DNA of 64,000 nt, taken from positions 1,470,631 through 1,534,630 of the forward strand of contig CAWCLU010000001.1 of NCBI GenBank assembly GCA_963796495.1, in the 5' to 3' direction. This document shows positions 28,938 through 38,520 of the stretch, piece by piece. The stretch comes from an uncultured Acidobacteriota bacterium. GTDB lineage: Bacteria > Acidobacteriota > Terriglobia > Acidiferrales > UBA7541. Position numbers and translations under genes: made by a program. Within the stretch, counting starts at the first letter, position 1. Each line of letters begins with the position of its first letter. Under the pieces are notes generated by a model that was given only the letters and a program-made list of their open reading frames with translations, did no database searches and was not told the DNA's origin.

Positions 28938-29453
28938 ATGCAGGACTTCCGGCAACAAGCGGTGAAGAACGGCGTCACGCTGGTCGAGAGCGGTGCGTGC
29001 CAGTTTTGCGGCGCGGCGGTGGAGCGCGGAGTGGCGCAGTGCCTTGACCTCCTGGGCGAACTGGCAGGTCGTGTGCGCCATGAGCGGGCATACGGCGCGG
29101 CGCACCTGTTTCCCGTGGACGCTCACGCGTTGCAGCATCCCGAAATTCACGGGCGGCTGAACAATCACGTTCACCTGCTGAGCCTTTGCCTGATGCTCGA
29201 GCGCGGCGCGAGCGCTGCCATGGGTTCGCGCAAACCCGCTGTAGAGAAATTCCTGGCGCTTGGCCGGGAATGGCCGCCGCTAGCGCCGCCGCCAGTTGGC
29301 GAGCGCGGCACGCTGACTGTCAAGGACGTTGTGGACGCTTCGATCGAGGACCGCGCGGAGCTTGCCCGGCGATGGGGCGAACAGGTGTGGGACGCCTGGC
29401 GAGCGCATCAGCCTTGGGTGCGGCGAACGCTCGATCGAATGATGCACGACTGA
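28938..29453 (+). CDS. hypothetical protein with CxxC and HPExHG motifs (resembles the DUF5946 family, from memory)
   Basis: 171-aa ORF with coding-like composition. Segments CQFCGAAV ... DAHALQHPEIHGRLNNHVHL. Confidence 0.6.
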   Translation: MQDFRQQAVKNGVTLVESGACQFCGAAVERGVAQCLDLLGELAGRVRHERAYGAAHLFPVDAHALQHPEIHGRLNNHVHLLSLCLMLERGASAAMGSRKPAVEKFLALGREWPPLAPPPVGERGTLTVKDVVDASIEDRAELARRWGEQVWDAWRAHQPWVRRTLDRMMHD

Positions 29454-29511
29454 ACAGCCGCGTACCGTGATTCGCGTCCCGTGCTTTGCGCGACAACCCC
29501 TTGGCCGTTCC

Positions 29512-30684
29512 TTAGTGAATTCCCGAACTCTGGTCGGGAGTCGCACTGGGCTTGGTCCCGTCTACGGGCTGCTTGCCGCTGACAAACCGGATGGCCAGCT
29601 TGCCATCGGGTTGGCGGGAGAGCAATTCGAAACCGGCGGGTGTGGTGCAGCCGAGGGAGCCGGTGGTTTCCGGCGTTGCCTGGTAATCGGTCAGGCGAAT
29701 CCCGGAGTCGGCATCGATGACCGAGAACACGGCATGGCTGTCGTCGATGCCACTGCCGTTCGTGCGCCTGGCGAACTCAACGACGAACTTGCTGGGGCCG
29801 TCCGGTGCGATTCCCGTCGCGACCGCGTTTGGGAACGGCGCGGTGACGCTTACCGAGTCCACCGTGGCGCCGCTATCGGTGATGACGTAGATGGCCAGAC
29901 CGGGCGTGTGCCGCATGACGTAAATGGTTCCATCGTAAGCCGCGGCCACGAAGGCCGGATCGGAGTCTTTGCGCTGGTCATCGGCCGTGGTGGCGGCCAC
30001 GGTGGAAAGCGTGGGCGTCGTGGTGTCCGGAAGGGCGATTTCCCTGACAAGCTTTCCGGTGGAGTTGAAGAACAGTCCCACGGGGTAAACGAAAGAGGAC
30101 TCGGCGAATTTGCCGCTCTGGCCGGGGACAGAGAAATCGCGATCGAGCGCCAGGAGAAAGTAACTTCCTCCGGTGAGGACGGCGAAGCGGCGTGGGAGAA
30201 AGAAATGCGAGAGCCTCAGCGTCGAAAGATAGCGCGCGCCGGAACTGAAGCGAATCAAGTCGAGTTCGGGATCCGGCCCGTTGATCGCCGCTTTGGAGGC
30301 GAGGAAATAGACCTGACCGTCGCCGGTGACGAGGAAGTCGGTGATCGACGCGGTGGTCGAGAGATCGTAGCCCGGAACCGAGGTCAACGAAAAGGTCCGG
30401 CTCGGAAAACCGGTGGAGGAAACCTCGACGACCGGAGTCCGCTGCGGGCTGGAAGAGCCGTCCTGGCTCGCACGGAAATAAAGAGCGCCGTTGTTATCGC
30501 ACTGCGGCGTGCCGGGCAGTGGAGACGTGGAGGATGGCAGGCGAACAGGGATCTCCTGGAGGAGGCGCAGGGTTTTCTTCGGTACCTGCTGCGCCGCGGC
30601 GCCGACGACCAGCAATGCAAGCGCGCCGCAAAGCGCCGACAGCGCCGGGAAAACAGGAAAGGGCCCAAACTTCCTCATTACCAC
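29512..30684 (-). CDS. secreted hypothetical protein (possibly beta-propeller-like)
   Basis: 390 aa. N-terminal signal peptide (..LALLVVGAAAQQ). Repeated strand-like segments (GQVYFLA, GSYFLLA, GTIYVM). No catalytic motif recognised. Confidence 0.6.
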   Translation of the reverse strand: MVMRKFGPFPVFPALSALCGALALLVVGAAAQQVPKKTLRLLQEIPVRLPSSTSPLPGTPQCDNNGALYFRASQDGSSSPQRTPVVEVSSTGFPSRTFSLTSVPGYDLSTTASITDFLVTGDGQVYFLASKAAINGPDPELDLIRFSSGARYLSTLRLSHFFLPRRFAVLTGGSYFLLALDRDFSVPGQSGKFAESSFVYPVGLFFNSTGKLVREIALPDTTTPTLSTVAATTADDQRKDSDPAFVAAAYDGTIYVMRHTPGLAIYVITDSGATVDSVSVTAPFPNAVATGIAPDGPSKFVVEFARRTNGSGIDDSHAVFSVIDADSGIRLTDYQATPETTGSLGCTTPAGFELLSRQPDGKLAIRFVSGKQPVDGTKPSATPDQSSGIH

Positions 30685-31078
30685 CTCCAGGGACGAGTCT
30701 CGACATTATAAGACGGTGGTTATGGACCCCGGGGTTGGCGCGGGACTTCGAACAGGTGTTGCTACTGCAGAACGGGACCTCGGCGCGGGCAGTTCAAGGG
30801 AAATTCTATGCCTACAGGCTCCGTCCTTCGATTTCAACCGAAAAATACCCGCCCTTAAAGCCGAAGGGCGGGGCACCCGCTGCGCTTGAAGCGCCGGGAG
30901 AAAATCCGGCCTGACCCCGGCGACACGGTCCGCCGCGTGACTTTGAAAGTATCGGGGCAGCGCGAGAACGAAACAGGAGTTTCTCGACGGGTTGCGTGCC
31001 GGGCGCGGGCGCGTCTGCGGCGAAGCTGGCGGTTATGCGAAGCTGACCCGCGACGTGCTGCTGATCGCCGCCGAGGCG

Positions 31079-31255
31079 ATGCGGGAGAAATGGTGGACGG
31101 CGCTGCTTGTGCCGCTTACACTCGCCGTGCCGGTGATAACACTGTTAAACTACACGCGGGAAATGGCGTTTGGCCGCATGTGGGCCAGACGTGTCTTTCA
31201 CGAACAGCGGATCAGGCATCAAAGCTTTAGGGTGGTTTTGGGAGAAGAAGGATGA
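31079..31255 (+). CDS. small membrane protein, hypothetical
   Basis: Internal start of ORF 30992..31255 (MREKWWTALLVPLTLAVPVITLL..). Its stop overlaps the PAP2 start as ATGA, which suggests translational coupling. Confidence 0.3.
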   Translation: MREKWWTALLVPLTLAVPVITLLNYTREMAFGRMWARRVFHEQRIRHQSFRVVLGEEG

Positions 31256-31806
31256 CCGTCCGGGCGGTTTGGCGGCAAGTGGAGGCCGGTGATTACGGCC
31301 TGATGCTGCGCGTTCACCGCTGGCTCGCTCCGCGCCCCTTGCGGGTGCTGATGGTCGCGGCCACTCGCCTCGGAGACGGCTGGCTGTGGTGGGCGCTGGG
31401 CGTGGCGCTGTTCCTGTTTGGCGGGCCGCACCGTTTCGTCGCCATTTCGGCAGGCGCTGCGGCGGCCGCGGCCGGAATTCTCATCTTCTGCAGCCTGAAA
31501 CACGCCAGCCGGCGCAAGCGGCCGTTTGAAATCGTGCCGCATTGCTGGTGTACGATTCCTCCCCCGGACCGCTATTCCTTCCCTTCGGGCCACACGATCA
31601 CGGCGTTTGCCGTGGCGCTGTCGATCGGGCCGTTCTACCCGCCGCTGATGATGGCGCTGCTGGTGACGGCGGTGCTGATCGCCATGTCGCGCATCCTGCT
31701 GGGCATGCATTTTCTGACCGACGTGCTGGCCGGCTCGATCATCGGGATCACGCTGGGGCGCCTTAGCTTCCACATTTTCCGCTTCCACTTTTTCCACCTG
31801 CTCTGA
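31252..31806 (+). CDS. PAP2-family phosphatase (phosphatidic acid phosphatase type 2 / undecaprenyl-PP phosphatase-like)
   Basis: 184 aa, multi-TM. The three PAP2 motifs are KHASRRKRP, PSGH and SRILLGMHFLTD. Confidence 0.85.
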   Translation: MTVRAVWRQVEAGDYGLMLRVHRWLAPRPLRVLMVAATRLGDGWLWWALGVALFLFGGPHRFVAISAGAAAAAAGILIFCSLKHASRRKRPFEIVPHCWCTIPPPDRYSFPSGHTITAFAVALSIGPFYPPLMMALLVTAVLIAMSRILLGMHFLTDVLAGSIIGITLGRLSFHIFRFHFFHLL

Positions 31807-31899
31807 CCCCGTCCCTTTCCGAGAGCCTGCTCCGGCGCTTCCGTACGCGCGACAGAGAGTCCGGGGAAAGCCCTCGCGGGCGCAATTCGGCGCAGCCGA

Positions 31900-32787
31900 T
31901 CAGTCTGGCCGCCGCCCTGCTTCCTTCGGCTTCCGACTGGAGAAATGGAGAGGGTCGCGCAGGCTCTGCAATTCGCGGTAATAATAAAGCGCGGTCGGTC
32001 GCTTCCCCCCGAATCTCAGCTTTTTCAGAAAATCGATCTCTTCTTCCGTCGCGCCGCCGCTCAGGCGGGCGTCCCTCAAAAACTCCTTGAGCCCCGGCTC
32101 TTCCTCGCTGATTTCTTCCGCGTCCCTTTCCACGAACTCAAATCTCCTCGGACGTCCCGGTGCCAGGCTCCGATTGAGAGTGATTTCCATGCTGAAATTC
32201 CCCAAGTCGATATCCCAGGATTCGATCAGCGGTTCGAGAAAGGAAACGCAGTTTTGCGCCGAAAGGTGGAAGATATCCGTATCGAGGAACTCCAGGATCA
32301 GAACGCGCATCTCCCGATAGCTTCGCCCACTCAGTCGCGACGCCCGGCGCAGCCAGGCTTCGCTTCGCAGTTCCCTCCGGGCGACTCCCTTGGCAACGTC
32401 CAGCAGCTTCTGCGTCACCAGGCGCTCGACCTCGCCGAAGGGCTCCTTCCCGAAAATCTCCCGCAACTGCTTTTCCCTGGCCGGATCGCACTTGGCCAGG
32501 ATCAGTTCCCGGACCTCCTGGAACAGGGGCGCCAATGGACCTTCCAGCTCCCTCCTCCATTCCTCCTCGCGTTGCAGCTCCGCCAGCTTGGCTAGCTGCG
32601 ATTCCGGAAGCTTCAGGAATTTCTCCATCTTCTCGTAGATATCGGTGCGCTCGGGCGCTGGCGGCGATTTTTTCCGGGTGAGCAACTGAGAAATGTAGGA
32701 CTCGGTCACCTCCGCCGCCACCGCCAAGTCCCTCTGCTCGAGCCCCAGCTCTTCGAGCCGCTGCTTGATCATCAGACAGACATCCAT
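31900..32787 (-). CDS. XRE-type HTH protein with long uncharacterised C-terminal domain
   Basis: 295 aa. The N-terminus IKQRLEELGLEQRDLAVAAEVTESYISQLL is an HTH. The remaining ~230 aa have no recognised motif. GGGAGG precedes ATG 32787. Confidence 0.7.
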   Translation of the reverse strand: MDVCLMIKQRLEELGLEQRDLAVAAEVTESYISQLLTRKKSPPAPERTDIYEKMEKFLKLPESQLAKLAELQREEEWRRELEGPLAPLFQEVRELILAKCDPAREKQLREIFGKEPFGEVERLVTQKLLDVAKGVARRELRSEAWLRRASRLSGRSYREMRVLILEFLDTDIFHLSAQNCVSFLEPLIESWDIDLGNFSMEITLNRSLAPGRPRRFEFVERDAEEISEEEPGLKEFLRDARLSGGATEEEIDFLKKLRFGGKRPTALYYYRELQSLRDPLHFSSRKPKEAGRRPD

Positions 32788-32964
32788 GCCGCCTCCCGAG
32801 ACTTTACTGTTCCTGCTTAACTATTCCCATGGTTGTCGATTACGCTTGACACGTCAAGTAACTTAACCTATATTGGTTATGTACTGAGGGAGTCATACGG
32901 TAGCCTAAACTCCACCGGGTTATCTGGAAACCGCCCTTGGCCAAGACAACCAGGGAGGTTGCCC

Positions 32965-33285
32965 ATGTTTGCACGCAAGGTCCTGATGCAGTTGAAACCG
33001 AAGACCGCCCACGAACTCACCGAACGCCTCGAGAAGGAAGTTATCCCCATGCTGCGCAAGCAGAAGGGTTTTCTCGACGAAATCACCTTCGTCAATGTCG
33101 AAGGCACGCACGGATTCGCCATCAGTCTCTGGGACAACGCGGAAAGCGCGGAAGCCTACAACCGTGGCGCGTACGCGGAAGTCAACAAGGTCATTTCGAA
33201 ATTCATCGAAGGAACTCCCAAGGTCGAGAACTACCAGGTTCTCAATTCGACCTTTCACAAGATCGCCGCAAGCGTAGCCGCCTAA
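32965..33285 (+). CDS. ABM-like (dimeric alpha/beta barrel) small protein
   Basis: ORF 32833..33285. ATG 32965 is preceded by GGGAGG. Segments GFLDEITFVNVEGTHGFAISLWDNAESAEAY are typical of antibiotic-biosynthesis-monooxygenase-like folds. Confidence 0.6.
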   Translation: MFARKVLMQLKPKTAHELTERLEKEVIPMLRKQKGFLDEITFVNVEGTHGFAISLWDNAESAEAYNRGAYAEVNKVISKFIEGTPKVENYQVLNSTFHKIAASVAA

Positions 33286-33501
33286 ATCACGGCGACTCCG
33301 CTTCGCGGACGGGTGAGGGGGCAGGCTCCAGCCTGCTCCCTTCTCGCGCTCCCTCCCCTCCCGCCGAATCCATCCTGCATCCTTCCCCAACCAACCGTGA
33401 CTCGTCCCGGCCCGCCGTTCCGATTGGCCTGGCCGGCATTCCCCGCCCCGCGTTTTCCGACGCGATACGCTTGCCGCGCTTCGGCTGGACTCGCGCTTTT
33501 C

Positions 33502-33530
33502 TTGACACGCTTCCGGGCGCATGCTACGTT
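33502..33530 (+). promoter_or_regulatory. candidate sigma-70 promoter of the gcv operon
   Basis: TTGACA (33502..33507), 17-nt spacer, TACGTT (33525..33530) with an upstream TG (extended -10). It lies about 35 nt before the gcvT start. Confidence 0.3.
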
Positions 33531-33566
33531 TCGATTTCTTCTTGAATTCACGCGACGCGGGTATCT

Positions 33567-34688
33567 GTGAGCACTCCGGGAACGAAAGAAACACTCCGAA
33601 AAACTGCTCTTAACGCCGTCCATCGCCGGATGGGGGCGAAGATGGTGAATTTTGGCGGCTGGGACATGCCGGTCGAGTATTCCGTTATTACGGCCGAGCA
33701 TCTGGCGGTGCGCACGGCGGCGGGAATCTTCGACGTCAGCCACATGGGCGAAATCGAGATCCGCGGGCCGCATGCGCTGGACCTCATCCAGTGGGTCACA
33801 TCCAACAACGCCGCGAAACTCGCCGTCGGCCAGGCGCAATATTCCGGCCTGATGAACGAGCGGGGCGGGTTTGTCGACGATCTGCTGGTGCACAAGCGAT
33901 CCGACACCCACTATTTCCTCTGCGTGAACGCCTCGAATCAGGACAAGGATTTCGAGCATTTCGTGCGGCACAACCGCTTCGGCGCCGAACTCGAAAACGC
34001 CGGGCCGCGCTATACCCAACTGGCCATTCAGGGGCCCCGGGCGCTCGAAATCGTCGAGCGATTCACCCGGCTGGATCTTTCGGTGATCCGCTACTACCAC
34101 TTCGCGATGGGACAGGTGGACGGCGTCGATTGCCTGGTGGCGCGCACCGGCTACACGGGCGAGGACGGGATCGAACTCTATTTCTCGCCGGAACATTCCG
34201 AAAAGCTCTGGAACGATCTGCTGGAATCCGGCAAGCCCGAGGGCCTGATTCCCTGCGGGCTGGGCGCGCGGAACACGCTGCGCATGGAAGCGGCAATGTG
34301 CCTCTACGGGCACGAAATCGATGAAACGACCACGCCGCTCGAAGCGAACCTCGGCTGGATCACGAAACTCGACAAGGGCGAATTCCTGGGGCGCGAGGTG
34401 ATCGGGCGGCAGAAAGAACAGGGATTGACGCGGCGCCTGGTCGGTTTTGAGATGATCGACAAGCTGATCGCTCGCGAGGAGTATCCGATCCTCGATCCGG
34501 CGAACGGTCCCGATCCGGTGGGGCGAGTGACGAGCGGAGGGCCGGCGCCTTTTCTGAAGAAGAATATCGGGATGGCGTACGTGCCGCTCGCGATGGCCGA
34601 GCCGGGTACGGAGCTGAAGATCGGGATTCGCAAGCATGAGGCGCCGGCGCGCGTGGTGCCGCTGCCGTTTTACAAGCGGGCTCGATAG
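33567..34688 (+). CDS. gcvT: glycine cleavage system aminomethyltransferase T
   Basis: 373 aa. Segments GAKMVNFGGWDMPVEY, GIFDVSHMGEIEIRG, ARTGYTGEDGIELY. Confidence 0.93.
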   Translation: MSTPGTKETLRKTALNAVHRRMGAKMVNFGGWDMPVEYSVITAEHLAVRTAAGIFDVSHMGEIEIRGPHALDLIQWVTSNNAAKLAVGQAQYSGLMNERGGFVDDLLVHKRSDTHYFLCVNASNQDKDFEHFVRHNRFGAELENAGPRYTQLAIQGPRALEIVERFTRLDLSVIRYYHFAMGQVDGVDCLVARTGYTGEDGIELYFSPEHSEKLWNDLLESGKPEGLIPCGLGARNTLRMEAAMCLYGHEIDETTTPLEANLGWITKLDKGEFLGREVIGRQKEQGLTRRLVGFEMIDKLIAREEYPILDPANGPDPVGRVTSGGPAPFLKKNIGMAYVPLAMAEPGTELKIGIRKHEAPARVVPLPFYKRAR

Positions 34689-34709
34689 CGGGCGCGGCAC
34701 GGACTGGCG

Positions 34710-34740
34710 CACCGCAGAGACGCTGAGGACGCCGAGAAAG
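34710..34740 (+). repeat. REP family D copy
   Basis: CACCGCAGAGACGCTGAGGACGCCGAGAAAG, in the gcvT-gcvH spacer. Confidence 0.7.
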
Positions 34741-34830
34741 CATCGAGCGCTGATGGAAACCGTGGGGGCGGAGTTAACCTGCCCTTACAAGCACCGCTAC
34801 AGGGAATAACAGGCAGGATCGAGGCGAACC

Positions 34831-35232
34831 ATGTATCCGACCGATTTCCGCTACACCAAGGAACATGAGTGGGTAAGACTCGAAGGTGATATCGCGACCG
34901 TGGGCATCACCGATTACGCCCAGCACGAACTGGGCGACGTCGTCTACGTCGAACTGCCGGCCGCCGGCGCGAAGGTGGAAGCCGGGCAGGCGTTCGGGAC
35001 GGTGGAATCGGTGAAATCGGTGAGCGAGATTTTCAGCCCGGTGACGGGCGAAGTGACCGAGGCGAATGCCGTGCTCGCCGACCATCCGGAAACCATCAAC
35101 CAGGACGCTCACGGAGCGGCATGGCTCGTGCGGATTCGCGCGTCGAGCGCGGCGAGCGACATCCAGTCGCTGATGGACGCCGCCGCTTACGAAGCCTATA
35201 TCGCCGAACAACAGAAGGAAGCCTCCGCCTGA
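34831..35232 (+). CDS. gcvH: glycine cleavage system H protein
   Basis: 133 aa. Segments [30 protein letters not shown] and the lipoyl-lysine box VESVKSVSE. Confidence 0.93.
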   Translation: MYPTDFRYTKEHEWVRLEGDIATVGITDYAQHELGDVVYVELPAAGAKVEAGQAFGTVESVKSVSEIFSPVTGEVTEANAVLADHPETINQDAHGAAWLVRIRASSAASDIQSLMDAAAYEAYIAEQQKEASA

Positions 35233-36626
35233 TGCGCTACCTCCCGAAGAGCGACGCCGAACGCCGGGCGATGCTCGAGACGATCGGCGCGAAATCCATC
35301 GAAGACCTGTTCGGATCGATCCCCGAAGAGTTCCGGCTGAAGCAACCGCTTGCGATCCCCGGACCGCTGTCGGAAGCCGAGATCATCTGCTATTTCCGCG
35401 AGCGCGCCGGCGAGAATTCCGTCGGCTACGCCTCATTTCTCGGCGCGGGCGTCTACCGGCACTTGCGATCCGTGGTCGCCGATGCCCTGCTCCAGCGCGG
35501 CGAATTCCTCACCGCCTACACTCCCTATCAGGCGGAAATCAGCCAGGGCACGCTGCAGTGGATTTTCGAGTTTCAGACGATGGTGAGCCAGCTCACCGGG
35601 CAGGAAGTGGCGAACGCTTCCATGTACGACGGCTCGACGGCGCTGGCCGAAGCGGCGCTGATGGCCGAGCGGCTGACCGGCCGGCATCGGCTGGTGGCGG
35701 CGCGGTCGCTGCATCCCGAGTACCGGCAGGTGCTCGAAACGTACGCGCAGCACGCGGGACTCGAGATCGAATCGTTCGGCTACGCCTCCTCGGGGCGCGT
35801 CGATCTCGACGCGCTGCGCGCCGCGATTGACGATAAGACGGCGGCGGTTGTGGTTCAATCGCCGAATTTCTTTGGCGTCGTCGAGGAGATTGCCGCGGCG
35901 GCGGAGATTGCGCACGCTGCCGGCGCGTTGCTCGTGGTCGCGATCGCCGAAGCCGTATCGCTCGGCATCCTACGGCCGCCGGCCGAGGCCGATATCGTCG
36001 CGATGGAGGGGCAGAGCTACGGATTGCCGCCATCCTACGGCGGACCGTTTGTTGGCGTGATGGCGACGCGGGAGAAATTCGTGCGCCAGATGCCGGGACG
36101 CCTGGTCGGGCAGACGACCGACGCAAAAAGCCAGCGCGGCTTTTGCCTGACCCTCGCGACGCGCGAACAGCATATCCGCCGCGAGAAGGCGACTTCGAAC
36201 ATCTGCACGAACCAGGCGCTCTGCGCGCTGGCGATGACGATGCACCTTACGTTGCTCGGCCGCCAGGGCGTGCGCGAGTTGGCAGAGCAAAACCTGGCGA
36301 AAGCGCGCTACGCGCGGGAGAAACTCGAGGCGATTCCCGGCGTCGAGCGCGTCTTCCCCGCCCCGACGTTCAATGAATTCGTTTTGCGCCTGCCGCGCTC
36401 GGTGCGGCTGGTCAACCAGGCGCTGCTCGAAGACAAGATCATTGGCCCGCTCGCGCTCGGCCGTTTCTATCCCGAACTCGCCAAGTGCGGGCTGTTCTGC
36501 GTCACGGAGACGACCACGCGGGAGGAGATCGACCGGCTGGCCGATTCTCTCGCCCGAATTCTGGGCGCGGAAAGCGCGGCCGAACCGGGCGCCGAACTCA
36601 AGGGCGCGGCCGGACGAAAGTCCTAG
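35232..36626 (+). CDS. gcvPA: glycine dehydrogenase (decarboxylating) subunit 1
   Basis: ORF 35121..36626. Start at ATG 35232 overlaps the gcvH stop (TGATG). Segments [19 protein letters not shown]..., [14 protein letters not shown]. Confidence 0.92.
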   Translation: MRYLPKSDAERRAMLETIGAKSIEDLFGSIPEEFRLKQPLAIPGPLSEAEIICYFRERAGENSVGYASFLGAGVYRHLRSVVADALLQRGEFLTAYTPYQAEISQGTLQWIFEFQTMVSQLTGQEVANASMYDGSTALAEAALMAERLTGRHRLVAARSLHPEYRQVLETYAQHAGLEIESFGYASSGRVDLDALRAAIDDKTAAVVVQSPNFFGVVEEIAAAAEIAHAAGALLVVAIAEAVSLGILRPPAEADIVAMEGQSYGLPPSYGGPFVGVMATREKFVRQMPGRLVGQTTDAKSQRGFCLTLATREQHIRREKATSNICTNQALCALAMTMHLTLLGRQGVRELAEQNLAKARYAREKLEAIPGVERVFPAPTFNEFVLRLPRSVRLVNQALLEDKIIGPLALGRFYPELAKCGLFCVTETTTREEIDRLADSLARILGAESAAEPGAELKGAAGRKS

Positions 36627-36639
36627 GGAGAACGGAACC

Positions 36640-38130
36640 TTGTCCGACGATCGCATCAAGAAGGCACGACGGCACGTCAACCAATCGGAAGGGCTGATTT
36701 TCGAGGTTTCCGGCGCCGGCAAGCGGGGCATGGAACTGCCGAAACTGGACGTGCCGGCCGCCGACGCAAAGCGGGAACTGGGCTCGGACATCGTGCGCGA
36801 CGACGTCGAAGGATTCCCCGAGGTCAGCGAGATCGAGGTGGTGCGCCACTTCACGCGGATCTCCACCTGGAACTACGCGATCGATTACGGCATGTACCCG
36901 CTCGGCTCGTGCACCATGAAGTACAACCCGCGCGTGAATGAATTCGTCGCGCGGCTCGAAGGCATCGCCACCGAGCATCCCTATCAGCCGGCCGAACTCG
37001 CCCAGGGCTGCCTGCGCATCCTGCGCGATCTCGAAGAGGCGCTCGTCGCGATCACCGGCATGGATGCGGTTACGCTCGAACCGGCGGCCGGCGCGCAGGG
37101 CGAGCTGACCGGGCTGCTCGTCATCCACGCCTATTTGAAGGACACGCAGGGCAATCCCCGCAAGAAAGTTCTGATCCCCGATTCGGCGCACGGAACGAAT
37201 CCCGCGAGCGTCTCGCTGACCGGCTACCAGGTGGAGAACATCCGCTCGAATGCCTCCGGGCAGATCGATTTCGCGGAGCTCGAGCGCCTCGTGACCGAAG
37301 ACGTCGCGGCGCTCATGATCACGAATCCGAATACGCTCGGCGTGTTCGAGGAGCGCATGGCCGACGTCGCCCGCCTGCTGCACGAGCGCGGCGCGCTGCT
37401 CTACATGGACGGCGCGAACATGAACGCGCTGACGGGAGTGGCCCGGCCGGGCGATCTGGGCGTCGACGTGATGCACCTGAACCTGCACAAGACGTTCTCG
37501 ACGCCGCATGGCGGCGGCGGGCCGGGCGCGGGACCGGTGGCCGTGAAAAAGCGGCTTGAGCCGTACCTGCCGGTACCGGTGATCGTCGAAGATGGCAGCG
37601 GTGGCTTGAAACTCGATACCGAGCGGCCGAAATCGGTGGGCCGGGTGAAGGCCTTTGGCGGGAACTTTGGAGTGCTGGTGCGGGCGCTGTCCTACATCCT
37701 GGCTTACGGGCCGGGTGTCCGCCAGGCGACCGAAGACGCGGTGCTCAACGCGAACTACATCCGCAAGAATCTCGAAGACGTCTACGAGCTGCCCTACCAG
37801 TCGCCGTCGATGCACGAGGTGGTCTTCAGCGATGCGCGGCAGAAGAAGAACGGCGTCGGCACCATCGATATCGCCAAGCGGCTGATCGATTACGGCTTCC
37901 ATCCGTACACGACCGCGTTTCCGCTCATCGTGCACGGCGCGCTGATGATCGAGCCGACCGAATCGGAGTCGAAAGAAGAGTGCGACCTGTTCGTCGACGC
38001 GATGCGCGCGATTGCCGAGGAAGCCGAGAGCGATCCGAACCTCGTGAAAACTGCGCCGCACAATACGCGCATCGGGCGGCTCGATGAAGTGACCGCGGCA
38101 CGCAAACCCATCCTCCGCTGGAAGCCGTAG
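36640..38130 (+). CDS. gcvPB: glycine dehydrogenase (decarboxylating) subunit 2
   Basis: ORF 36373..38130. TTG 36640 follows GGGAGA just after the gcvPA stop. Segments YPLGSCTMKYNP and the PLP site NLHKTFSTPHGGGGPG. Confidence 0.9.
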   Translation: MSDDRIKKARRHVNQSEGLIFEVSGAGKRGMELPKLDVPAADAKRELGSDIVRDDVEGFPEVSEIEVVRHFTRISTWNYAIDYGMYPLGSCTMKYNPRVNEFVARLEGIATEHPYQPAELAQGCLRILRDLEEALVAITGMDAVTLEPAAGAQGELTGLLVIHAYLKDTQGNPRKKVLIPDSAHGTNPASVSLTGYQVENIRSNASGQIDFAELERLVTEDVAALMITNPNTLGVFEERMADVARLLHERGALLYMDGANMNALTGVARPGDLGVDVMHLNLHKTFSTPHGGGGPGAGPVAVKKRLEPYLPVPVIVEDGSGGLKLDTERPKSVGRVKAFGGNFGVLVRALSYILAYGPGVRQATEDAVLNANYIRKNLEDVYELPYQSPSMHEVVFSDARQKKNGVGTIDIAKRLIDYGFHPYTTAFPLIVHGALMIEPTESESKEECDLFVDAMRAIAEEAESDPNLVKTAPHNTRIGRLDEVTAARKPILRWKP

Positions 38131-38184
38131 CCGTTTCCGGACCTTCGTCCGCGCTCATTCATTGCCTGGCTGCATGTAGCGGCG

Positions 38185-38213
38185 GGATCCTTCGCTTCGC
38201 TCAGGATGACACC
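38185..38213 (-). repeat. REP-like unit of the 'SEAKDP' type
   Basis: The reverse complement GGTGTCATCCTGAGCGAAGCGAAGGATCC is a motif I recognise as widely dispersed in soil-bacterial genomes. Single copy here. Confidence 0.5.
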
Positions 38214-38520
38214 TGCGGTTCGTGGGTTGTCCGGGACCGCACTCTGGACATCTCCCAAAGAACATCGCTTGAAAGGTTGTGCCACCGATGCTATTCCGGC
38301 TTGCAAAAAGCCCCGCCATTTGACGCCGCCTGTCCACCCAGACTGATTTGATGATGTTGCGCTTTCGGCCTCGCCCTCCAAACCGGCCCAGCCGCGTTGC
38401 TCATCGCAGCGGGCAGCGGTCATTTGTCTTTGACAACACCTCGACCCTTATCGATGATACAAACCGTCGGGCAGGCCGGCAGCTTCGTGCTGTCGAGTAC
38501 TCCACTTCAGGGTATGACGC

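Noticed and set aside
30992-31078. Long form (87 aa) of the small ORF upstream of the PAP2 gene
   Set aside because: The N-terminal 29 codons (MRAGRGRVCGEAGGYAKL..) look non-coding. Only the part from ATG 31079, with a TM segment and ATGA coupling, is retained, and at low confidence.
33286-33566. Glycine riboswitch expected upstream of gcvT
   Set aside because: I found no GGAGAG...ACCGAAGG-type core motifs. The best promoter candidate leaves only ~35 nt of leader, which is too short for the tandem aptamers.
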